From an uncultured Gemmatimonadales bacterium (lineage in GTDB: Bacteria; Gemmatimonadota; Gemmatimonadetes; Gemmatimonadales; GWC2-71-9), in assembly GCA_963748815.1 (NCBI GenBank), contig CAVVKJ010000002.1, positions 1-41,589 of the forward strand: DNA of 41,589 bases. The letters are read 5' to 3'. Shown here in pieces: positions 32,774 to 41,589 of this stretch (position 1 is its first letter; the number at the start of each line of letters is the position of its first letter). The notes under the pieces are model-generated. The model saw nothing but the letters and a program-made list of their open reading frames with translations, searched no databases and was not told the DNA's origin. Both the position numbers and the translations under genes were made by a program.

Positions 32774-34625
32774 TCAGGGGCGGGTGGCCGGTGCCAGCCA
32801 GCTCTGCCGGAACTTCTGCATCGATTCCGTGACCGGCATCCCCGCCTCCTCGAAGGTGACGACTTCGAGCCGGTTGTCGGCGGGCATCGAGACGTGGACC
32901 ATGCTCTGCCGGCCGCGGCTCCGGAAGGTGACGGGGATGGCGTCGCCCGGCGTGTGCGCCGCCTTGACGGCCTGGAAGACACTGTCCGAGGTGAGGGCCT
33001 GGCCGTCGAGGGTGAGGATCACGTCGTCGCGGTCGAGTCCGGCTTCGTACATCGGTGAGCCGACGAGCGTCGGCCCGTCAATGCGTCCGCCTTCGGCGTC
33101 GATGTCGAGCCGCACCGGGCCGAACCACGCCTTGTCCGGGTTGCGGGGCCGAAGGAGGAGGCCGCCCTGCGCCAGCAGGGCCGCCAGGTCCGGCACCTCC
33201 CGGCCCGTGATGTACTTCGCGAAGAACTGGTCGGCGAATTCCTTGTTGCCGGCGTACTGCACCAGCGTCTCCTGCAGGTCCTGCATGGTGTACGGCACTT
33301 CGGTCTGGCCGTACTTGGTCCACATCATCCGCATGTAGCCGTCGAGCGGCTTCCCGAACTCCTTCCGCAGCGACAGATCGAGCGCCAGCCCCACCACCGA
33401 GCCCCAGGTGTAGTACGAGATGAAGATGTTGTCTTCGTTGGTCGGGTCGATGGAGGTCGCCGCGTCCACGAACGGGGCCTGCTCGCTCATCCCGACCGGG
33501 CTGGCGAATTGCCGGCCCGGGTCGTTGAGGACGGCATTGATGCCTCCGGACAGCCCGCGAGCGTACTCCGTCAATGAGGTGACACCGGCGCGGCGGAGGA
33601 AGAGCGGCCCGTAGTAGCTGGTGAACCCCTCCGCAAACCAGAGCTCTCCCGACATGTTGGCCCGCGTGAAGTCGAACGGCTCCAGGGACTTCGGCCGGAT
33701 GCGCTCGACGTTCCACGAATGGAAAAACTCGTGCGAGGCCGTGCCGAGGAGCCGCGTTTCGTTGCCCGCGAGCGGCAGTGAGGAAGTGATGATGGTGGAG
33801 TTCCGGTGCTCCATCCCGTCGCCCGAGGCCCAGGGGAGGTAGTCGGCAATGAAGGTGTATTGCCGGACATCGTACTGCGGCGTCGTCCCGAAGACGGCGA
33901 TCTCCTGCTCGACCACCTTTTTCAGCATCTCCACGTAGGCGTCCAGCTCGGCGTCGGTGCCCTCGTGATGGAGCACCAGCCGCACCGGATAGTTACCGGA
34001 GAGCGAACTCACGCTCCATTCGCGCACCGCGAAATTGCTGAGCTCCACCGGGCTGTCCATGAAGTACTGGAGGTTGGGCGCGGTGTAGCGATACGGATTG
34101 TCGGTCGGGTAGAGCTGGGTGGCCGCCTTCCAGCGGGAGTCGGGCGGCACCCGGAACGACACCGCCATCGGCCACGATTCCAGTCCGCGAATCCAGATGA
34201 AGGAGGCGGGCATGTTCGAGGTGGGCGTGGGTCACGTCCACCTGGGAGTAGGTGCCGTCGGCCCGGTCGGCGTACAGGGTATAGGTGAACTGGACGGTCC
34301 CGGCGTGCCCCGCCACGGACCAGGTGGATGGATCGGTCCGGGTGACGGTGAGCGGATTGCCGCCGCCGTCGGTGGCACTCACGCGGTAGACGTTCTTGGC
34401 AAATTCGTGCACCGCGTAGCGGCCGGGGGAGGAACGGCTCATCTGGAAGAGCACGGGTCGGCGCGGGAGGCCGGTGGCGCTCAGGGTGATCTGTGCCTCG
34501 TGGTGCACCGCGTTGGGAAAGGACACCTCGTACTTCAGTTCCTGTGCCGCAACGACGCTGGTGACCAGCAGGAGGAGAGCGGCGACGGCCGCGGTGCGGC
34601 CCGCGCGGGGCACACTCACCGCCAT
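32774..34625 (-). CDS. Secreted M61 glycyl aminopeptidase-family metallopeptidase with C-terminal PDZ domain; one frameshift near 34218
   Basis: Start ATG 34625 or GTG 34619; signal peptide, then SPGRYAVHEFAKNV (end of ORF 33993..35633); ORF 32774..34213 has GMEH, HEFFHSWNVERIRP, LWFAEGFTSYY, ISYYTWG and PDZ-like SPMYEAGLDRDDVILTLDG. Confidence 0.9.
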
Positions 34626-35731
34626 GAGACCGGGACCACCTCGGGCTTCGTGGCCATGATTGCCGCGCCGGCCTCGAGCTCCGCCGCGATGCGGTCGCGG
34701 ATGGCGCGGAGCTCCCGGAAGCCGACCAGCTGCTTCGCGTCCTCGTCCCAGAGGGTCAGGCGAAGGGTCGTCAGGCTCTTCCAGAGCGAGAGCTTGGTGA
34801 CCTGTTGCAGCTCGGGGTGGTTGTCGTAGGCCTCGCTGCAGCTGGTAGTTCGGAATCCGGCTCGCGATGTGATGGATGTGGTGCAGGCCGATGTTGGCGG
34901 TGCACCACTGCAGGAACTTCGGCATCGTCAGGTGCGACGCCCCCTCGAGGCCGGCGGCGAAGTAGTTCCACGCCTCGCGGTAGCGCCAGTAGGTGTCTTC
35001 GTACTGGTGCTGCACGTAGAAGAGGTACACGCCGATGGAGCCGGCGATGAGCGTGATCGGGAGTTGCACCAGCAGGAACTGCTGCAGCCCCAGCGTCCAC
35101 CACATCAGGGCGATGACGCCGGCCAGCGCGAGGTTCGTCAGTTGCACGCCGAGCTGTTCGCGCTTCCACCCCTTGGGGGTGTCGAGGGGGAGCCGGTGCT
35201 TGAGGACGAACTGCCAGGTGGGACCGACCAGAAGGAGGACGGCCGGGTGACGGTACATCCGGTAGAGCACCCGCTTGAACTTCGGGCGGCTCAGGTACTC
35301 GCGGACGGTCAGGGTGTCGATGTCGCCCAGGCCGCGGACGTCGAGATTGCCGCTGGTGGCGTGGTGGATGGCGTGGGTGCGGCGCCAGTAGGCGTAGGGC
35401 ACCAGGGTGAAGACGCCGAGGACGCCGCCCACCAGGTTGTTCATCTTCTGGGAGCGGAAGAAGGCGCCGTGTCCGCAGTCGTGCTGCAGCATGAAGAGCC
35501 GCACCACCATCATCGCCGCAGGAACGCGATGAGCAGGGTGAGCCAGTAGCCGATGCTGAGGCTCCAGACCGCGGCGAGCCAGAAGAGGGCCAGGAGGAAG
35601 GCGGTCGAGGCCAGCTGGAACCCGCTCTTCCACGCCACCGGCTGGCGGTAGGGGGCGAGCATCGCGTTCCAGTCAATCGCCTTCGGGGTCGTCTCGGACA
35701 CTGGGGCGTCCGACGGCGGCAGTTCGGTCAT
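34616..35731 (-). CDS. Membrane fatty acid desaturase (Des-like); frameshifts near 35521 and 34832
   Basis: Three His boxes HDCGH, HAIHH, HHIHH; N-terminus in ORF 35510..35731; the corrected tail reads TLWDEDAKQLVGF..VSWR with TGA at 34616..34618. Confidence 0.9.
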
Positions 35732-35769
35732 GGTCTTCCCTCATGGGGCCCGGGGGTGAGCCGGTCTCA

Positions 35770-35775
35770 AATATA
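35770..35775 (-). promoter_or_regulatory. Candidate -10 element TATATT for the desaturase-M61 unit
   Basis: Only AT-rich hexamer in a very GC-rich gap, about 40 nt upstream of the ATG and its GAGG RBS. Confidence 0.4.
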
Positions 35776-35836
35776 CTGGGTCGGGCGGCGGGAGGCCGGG
35801 CGGCGGACGGCGGCGTGGGATCGGGCGGGATCGGGC

Positions 35837-35858
35837 GGGGTGGCCGCACGGCCACCCC
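35837..35858. terminator. GC-rich hairpin downstream of K10; possible terminator or mRNA stabiliser
   Basis: Perfect inverted repeat ggggtggccg-ca-cggccacccc; no U-tract; next to a ggatcgggcg x2 repeat. Confidence 0.4.
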
Positions 35859-35926
35859 TGTGGCCGCTGGAACCGCAACTTCGGAGGGCTGGAACGACGC
35901 CATATCGTGGCACTCCGATGGCCGCC

Positions 35927-38608
35927 TTATTCCTTCAACACCTCCGCGAAGTTCGGCACGATGTAGATGTCGGTTCGGCGGTCTGTCGGGCGTGCCAGCA
36001 CGCGAAGGCCGTCGCCCGAGAACCGGTAGATGGCGGGATATCGTGGCGGGGTTCCCATCCGCACCGGCTTCCCACCACCGGGCGCAATCCGATACCAGGC
36101 GAGGGTCGAGGACGTTTCGAGAATCAGGAATGAGGATGGAGCCATCATCGAACCACTTCGGCGGCTGGCTCCCCTCCGCCCCGAACGCTGCCAGCCGCGT
36201 GACGCGCCCGTCCTCGATGGACACGCGGTGGACCAGGAGCGAATCCCCGCTCGGATCCCAGCTGATGGCCGCGAACGCCTTGCCGTCCGGTGAGGGATCG
36301 ATCGACACCACGGCGCCCAGCGCCGGGGGCAAGCGGAAGGTGGAGTCGCGGAAGTCCGGGGATGCCGAAGCGCCGAAAGCTCACCGGATTCGGGATGATG
36401 ATCTCTCCCCCGCCGGCCACCGTCTCCATGACCACATAATCATCCCTCGGGATGGTGCCGGCCGGCGTGGACCGCCCCGATGAGCGACATCGAGGCGCGC
36501 AATGGCCAGGCTGTCCTGCCCGCGTGGCAGCACCAGCGTGATGCTGCGTCCGTCCTGCGCCCAGTCCCAATCCACGAGCTCCATCGGGGGCCCGAGCGGA
36601 GACTCCGGACCGCTGTCGAAGGGCATGATGGCGAACTGACGTCGCTCGCCACCCGCGGCGCTGGGTCGGTTGACCAGGACGCGATCGCCGGTCGGGGAGA
36701 GACTGCCCGAGATGCTGACGGTCGAGCTCGCCAGGCGCCGCTGCGAGAACCGCATGCCCGTCGGGGAGTCCCGCCGGAGGGCCCAGACGGAAAACTCGGT
36801 GGGTCCGTAGCCGAACACCATCGCCCCGCTCTGGCCCAGGTCACCGCCTGTGGTGATGGCAATCTGCCGGGCCACCGTGTCCGGTGTCGCCGAAATACGA
36901 CCTCGGCTGCTCACCCGATAGCGCAGGAAGTCGAGCTCGTCCTCCACCTGCGTCCGTGGCATGGTGGCGATGATCGATTGCCCATCGGGCGCTACATCGA
37001 CCGAGACCGGTATCCGCGGGGAGGTGAAGACGAGCGAGTCCAGCACCACTCCGGATCGCGTCGTAATGGAGGCAGTGCCCGAGCGAGTGCGCCGCTGCAG
37101 GACGAGGAGGCGGTCGCCTCCGGGAAAGGGTTTGGCGACCAGCCCGAGCCCGCTTCCGTCAGCCCCGACGGCCATGCTGTCGCGCACAATGCCATCGGAC
37201 ACCGTGACCCACCGCAGCCAGGCGATGGAGTCCCCCACCGAGGCGGGGCGTGCTACCAGCGCCGTATCGCTGTTCCCTACGATGGTCACATTGCAGCATC
37301 CGAGAAAGCGAGGGTCACCGCCGAGGGTCGGGACGCTGAACGCTCCCCACCGGTCCGCAGCTTCCGAGCGCGCCGTAGACGAGGTAGCGGCCGTCTGCTG
37401 TCCACTTTACATCCCAGGCGCCGAGAAGCACCGCGGACCACCGTAGCAGAGCCGGCGCCGCCGATGTCCTGAATCACGACGTCGGCGGTGCAGCTTGCCG
37501 ATCGAGTCGCATTGCCGGACGACGTAGGCGATGCGGCTGCCGTCCGCCGAGATGCCGGGGAAGGCCGCATTGCCGGTAAAGGTGAGCTGGACCTTGTCGA
37601 ACCGCACTGCCGAAGCCGCACTCCGGTTGCGCAACGCCATCCAGCCGAGTGCGGCAACTCCGAGCACCGCCGACGCCGACCACCACCGGCATCCACCGCC
37701 GCGCCTTCGTCTCCGGATGCCACCCGGTGATCGGCCGCGTCTGCGTCGGCGTCATCCCGCCGCTCGGCGTGGCCAGCGGCTCCAGGTTGTTGAGCAGCTC
37801 CTCGGCGGTCTGCCACCGGTCGGCGGCCCGCTTGGCGAGGCAGCGCATGATGACGGCCTCGAGCGCCGGCGGGCAGGTGGGCCGATGGCGGGAGACGGGA
37901 TCGGGGGCCTGCGTCACGTGGGCGGCGAGAATCTGCTGCGAGGTCATGCCTGTGAACGGCGGCCGCCCGGTGAGCAGTTCGTACGCCATGGCGCCGACGG
38001 CGTAGATGTCCACCCGGTGGTCGAGGTTCGGATCGGCGGCGGCCTGCTCCGGCGCCATGTAGCTCGGCGTGCCGAGGGCCACACCGGCGGTGGTGAGCTG
38101 CTGACGGCCGGTGGCCTCGCTCACCGCCTTGGCCACGCCGAAGTCGGTGACCAGCGCGTGGCGGCCGGAAATCATCACGTTGTCGGGCTTGATGTCGCGG
38201 TGGACCACCTTCTGGCTGTGGGCGTACGCCAGCGCGTCCACCACTTCCACCAGGATCTTGACGGCGTCGTGCACCGGGAGCTCGCCGACGCGCGCGAGCC
38301 GGTCGCGGAGCGACTCGCCGTCGACGTAGGGCATGACGAAGTAGAGGAAGCCGCCGGCCTCGCCGGAATCGTGGAGCGGGAGGATGTGCGGGATGCTGCA
38401 GGCGGGCGGCGACCTGGATTTCACGGAAGAACCGTTCACTGCCCAGCGTGGCGGCCAGCTCCGGCCGCAGCACCTTGAGCGCCACCTGGCGGCCGTGCCG
38501 CAGGTCCTCGGCGAGGTACACCGTGGCCATGCCGCCCGCGCCGATTTCCCGCTCGATGCGGTACTTGTCCGCCAGGGCGGCCGTCAGGCGGGTGAGCGTC
38601 TCGCTCAC
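35927..38608 (-). CDS. K10: membrane Ser/Thr kinase with a divergent beta-propeller-like C-terminus; many frameshifts
   Basis: GTG start overlaps the K11 stop (GTGA); pieces in ORFs 37286..38608, 37474..38439 ([20 protein letters not shown]), 37407..37667 ([12 protein letters not shown]), 36381..37289, 36145..36570, 35673..36332 and 35927..36148. Confidence 0.82.
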
Positions 38609-41520
38609 GGCGTGCGCGCTCCCTCGAGGTCCCCGACCTTGGCCAGCTCCGCCCGCACGCTGTCGCGTTGCGGAATCATCGAAGGTTCCGGATCCACCCG
38701 CATCTGGAGGTAGGTGCGGTAGGCGCGGATGGCATCGGCGCGGTCGCCCAGCTGCGCGGCATACTGTCCCTCGAGCCGGTACGATTCCGCCAGCCCGACC
38801 GGCTGCGGCCCCCCGTTTGGGCTGTACCGCCGGCGTATCGCACGGAGCGCCCGCTCGGTCCGCCCCTGCTGCTGGTAGAGTCGGGCCAGTTGAGACGACG
38901 CGAACTGGCTGTTGCCCTCGTAGCCCCGCCAGAGTGAATCGGCCACGTCCACCAGGCGCTCGGCGCCCGGATCGCCCCGCTCCACCGCCACCCAGGCCTC
39001 AAAGAGCGGTGCCCAGCGGTACCAGAACCCCTGCAGCGTATCGTTCGCGGCGAGTCCCTTGACTCGCTTCAGGATGGCCGGCGCCACCGAGAGATCTCCC
39101 TGGGAGAACCGAAGGAGGTTCACGGCATCGGGGTTCGTGTTCAGCGTGGAGGTGTCGGGTGTCTCGCCCCCGTACCAGATGGCGCCGAGGACCGATTGAA
39201 TGGCGGCCGAGCCGGCATTCATGGCACGGAGGGTGTCCAGCCACTGCGCCGCTTCTGTGGGCCGGCCCCGGTTCAGCGTGTAGAACCACCGACTGAATGC
39301 CATGTCGAAGCGCTGCGCCCGCGTCGTGGCCAGCCGGTGAATGGCGTCCATCAGTTCCGGCTGGTGCGCGATGGTGAGGCTGTCCCACGAGTTCTGGAAG
39401 AGGATGGCCTGAGGCACACCGAGAGGTTGTGTAGCGAGATTCGCCAGGAACGCCTTGACATCATCAGCATCGGGCGAGGCCTGGAGCAGGTCCCACTTGG
39501 CCTCGGTGACACCCTGAGCCGACGCGTCGAGTCCAATCTCCCGCTGCACCCAGCGCCGCTGAGCTGCCGTGTCCCCCAGGACGAAGTTGACACGGGCAAG
39601 GTGGGTGATCGCCCCGCCGTAGAGGGAGTCGAGTTCAAACGCCTTCTCGAATGCCTGCCGGGCCCGCACGTCGGGATCCGGGATGTCGGCCAGGCGTCCG
39701 CCGTGGAAGAGCCCGTCGCCCAGGAAGAACCAGGCATCCACGCTTTCCGGCATTGTCTGCGCGGCCTTCTCCGCGTCGGCAATCTGGACCTGCCATGGCG
39801 TCTGCCGCGGGTACATCGAGCCGAGGCGGAGGGTCAGGAGAAGCTGGTCCTGGGGGTTCAGCCGATCGCGGTACTGCCAGGCGAGCTGACGCACCCGGTC
39901 GATATCCCCGGCGGCGGGTTGCCAGCCGCTTGCTTCGACCAGCGCGGAGAGCGCCAGCGCGAACGTCGAGTCGAGCTGGACGGCGCGTTCGAGCAGCGGC
40001 GTGGCCTGCTGAAAGGCGCCACGGCGGTAGGCGGTCACGCCGTCGAGGTAGGCCCGGAGGGCGTCGAGATTGGTGGTGGTGAGCGCGCTCAGCTGATTGG
40101 ACTTGGCGCCGGCGCCCAGCGCCAGCAACTGGGCGGTCAGCCGGTCCACCAGCACGAAGAGGCTGTCCTTCGGCCCGTCCACGCTGGTCTGCGCCACCGT
40201 GCGGCCGCTCGGCATCGCGATCAGCGTCGCGCTGATGACGAGATGATCGGGCGGCCCCACGATGCTTCCCTGCAGCACGCGACCCGCGCCGATCTTCCGG
40301 GCGACTCGCGTGACCGCATCGCCGGGGAGGTCGTCACTCTCGCTGCCGCCGGCGTCGCGCACCGCGGCGAGCACCGACCGGGTATCGGCGGCACGGGGGC
40401 CGCCCTCGCCGGTCAGCTTGGCCTGCAGCAGGTCCACCATTCCCTGCCGCAGGTACTGCACGCTCTGGTCGGCGCCCGCCACGCGGAAGGGCAGCACCGC
40501 CACCACGTTGGCGTCCAGCGGTTGCCCGCCGGAACCTGCCCACGGCTTCCAGACGAACAGTGCCGCCGCGGCGATGAGCACCACCCCGGCAATCGCGTAG
40601 GTCCGCTTGGCGTTGCCGGCGCCGGCCGCGGCCACTGCCTTGACTGGCTGGGTGTGCGTCGGCGTGACTCCGCCGCTCGGCATCGCCATCGGCTCCAGCG
40701 CCGCCACCAGTTCGTCGGCGGTCTGGAAGCGGTCGGCCGGCCGCTTGGCCAGGCAGCGCATCACGGCCGCCTCGAGCGCGGGCGCGAGTCCGGCGCGCTG
40801 CTGCCCCACCGGCACCGGCGTCTGGGTCACATGCGCGGCCAGCGTTTGCTGCGGGTTGAGTCCGGGGAAGGTCGGGTGCCCGGTGAGCATCTCGTACCCC
40901 AGGACACCGAGGGCGTAGATGTCCACCCGCGCGTCCATATGGGGGTCGGCCGAGGCCTGCTCGGGGGCCATGTAGGCGGGGGTGCCGAGGGCGACGCCGG
41001 CGCTGGTGAGCTGCTGGCTCCCGGAAGCCTCGGTAACGGCCTTCGCCACGCCGAAGTCCATCACCATAGCATGGCGGCCGGAGAGCATCACATTTTCCGG
41101 CTTGATGTCCCGATGGACCACGCCAGCGCGATGGGCGACCGCGAGCGCTTCCGCGATTTCGCTCAGGAGGCGAACCGCGTCGGGCACCGGAAGCTCGCCA
41201 GTCCGCGCGAGGCGGTCCCGCAGCGTCTCGCCCTCGACGTAGGGCATCACATAGTAGAAGAAGCCCTCGGCGTCGCCGGAGTCGAGGAGGCCGAGGATAT
41301 GGGGGTGCTGGAGCCGGGCGGCGACCTCGATTTCCCGGGCAAACCGGTCGGGTCCAAGGGTCGCGGCCAGCTCCGGACGCAACACCTTGATGGCGACCTG
41401 GCGATGGTGCTTGAGGTCTTCGGCGAGGTAGACGGTGGCCATGCCTCCCTGCCCGAGCTCCCGTACAATCCGGTAGCGCCCGGCCAGCGCGGCAGTCAAT
41501 CTGTCGTGTGTGTCGGTCAT
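38605..41520 (-). CDS. K11: membrane Ser/Thr kinase with TolB-N-like domain and TPR-like C-terminus, about 971 aa, intact
   Basis: ATG 41520 ([16 protein letters not shown]) aligns with paralog starts; [62 protein letters not shown]. Confidence 0.93.
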   Translation of the reverse strand: MTDTHDRLTAALAGRYRIVRELGQGGMATVYLAEDLKHHRQVAIKVLRPELAATLGPDRFAREIEVAARLQHPHILGLLDSGDAEGFFYYVMPYVEGETLRDRLARTGELPVPDAVRLLSEIAEALAVAHRAGVVHRDIKPENVMLSGRHAMVMDFGVAKAVTEASGSQQLTSAGVALGTPAYMAPEQASADPHMDARVDIYALGVLGYEMLTGHPTFPGLNPQQTLAAHVTQTPVPVGQQRAGLAPALEAAVMRCLAKRPADRFQTADELVAALEPMAMPSGGVTPTHTQPVKAVAAAGAGNAKRTYAIAGVVLIAAAALFVWKPWAGSGGQPLDANVVAVLPFRVAGADQSVQYLRQGMVDLLQAKLTGEGGPRAADTRSVLAAVRDAGGSESDDLPGDAVTRVARKIGAGRVLQGSIVGPPDHLVISATLIAMPSGRTVAQTSVDGPKDSLFVLVDRLTAQLLALGAGAKSNQLSALTTTNLDALRAYLDGVTAYRRGAFQQATPLLERAVQLDSTFALALSALVEASGWQPAAGDIDRVRQLAWQYRDRLNPQDQLLLTLRLGSMYPRQTPWQVQIADAEKAAQTMPESVDAWFFLGDGLFHGGRLADIPDPDVRARQAFEKAFELDSLYGGAITHLARVNFVLGDTAAQRRWVQREIGLDASAQGVTEAKWDLLQASPDADDVKAFLANLATQPLGVPQAILFQNSWDSLTIAHQPELMDAIHRLATTRAQRFDMAFSRWFYTLNRGRPTEAAQWLDTLRAMNAGSAAIQSVLGAIWYGGETPDTSTLNTNPDAVNLLRFSQGDLSVAPAILKRVKGLAANDTLQGFWYRWAPLFEAWVAVERGDPGAERLVDVADSLWRGYEGNSQFASSQLARLYQQQGRTERALRAIRRRYSPNGGPQPVGLAESYRLEGQYAAQLGDRADAIRAYRTYLQMRVDPEPSMIPQRDSVRAELAKVGDLEGARTP

Positions 41521-41547
41521 CAGCTCTTCGAGTGGGAAATGATGCTG

Positions 41548-41560
41548 CAAACTACGGGGA
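41548..41560 (-). promoter_or_regulatory. Candidate -10 element (TAGTTT) for K11-K10
   Basis: tccccgTAGTTTg about 28 nt upstream of ATG 41520. Confidence 0.4.
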
Positions 41561-41567
41561 ACGAGAG

Positions 41568-41589
41568 GGGGGCGCCAGACGGCGCCCCC
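41568..41589. terminator. GC hairpin at the window edge
   Basis: gggggcgcc-agac-ggcgccccc, a 9-bp perfect stem; context beyond the window is unseen. Confidence 0.35.

Noticed and set aside
33993..35633. Apparent desaturase-peptidase fusion ORF (546 aa)
   Set aside because: Produced by frameshifts; the corrected desaturase stops at 34616 and the peptidase has its own signal peptide.
41521..41550. Upstream starts for K11 (41550), K4 (11052) and the M24 peptidase (31220)
   Set aside because: Paralog alignment and RBS position favour 41520, 10980 and 31292.

Overview
GC-rich bacterial DNA, probably Gemmatimonadota (inferred from the kinase N-terminal signature and composition). The window is dominated by 11 paralogous membrane-anchored Hanks-type Ser/Thr kinase genes (called K1-K11 here), all on the minus strand. 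Their kinase domains fall into a few near-identical clades. These are fused through one TM helix to divergent extracytoplasmic modules: PD40/TolB-like beta-propellers in nine genes, and a TolB-N-like plus TPR-like module in two. Interspersed are one PP2C phosphatase, a permuted NlpC/P60 (YiiX-like) enzyme, an amidohydrolase, a multicopper oxidase, an M24B Xaa-Pro aminopeptidase, an M61-PDZ aminopeptidase and a fatty acid desaturase. The gene junctions are built from recurring non-coding modules: an 82-bp CGTC-tagged REP-like dimer joined to a fixed leader (CGTC, 11 nt, GACTGGA, 7 nt, TTG start), a 45-bp double hairpin after stop codons, and a 41-bp promoter-like block. Kinase clade and sensor type are discordant, and the YiiX-like gene carries a kinase-like leader and N-terminus, suggesting a shuffled receptor-kinase array. 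Many genes carry single-base frameshifts that are most likely sequencing or assembly errors. No integrase, transposase, reverse transcriptase, CRISPR array or RNA gene was recognised.
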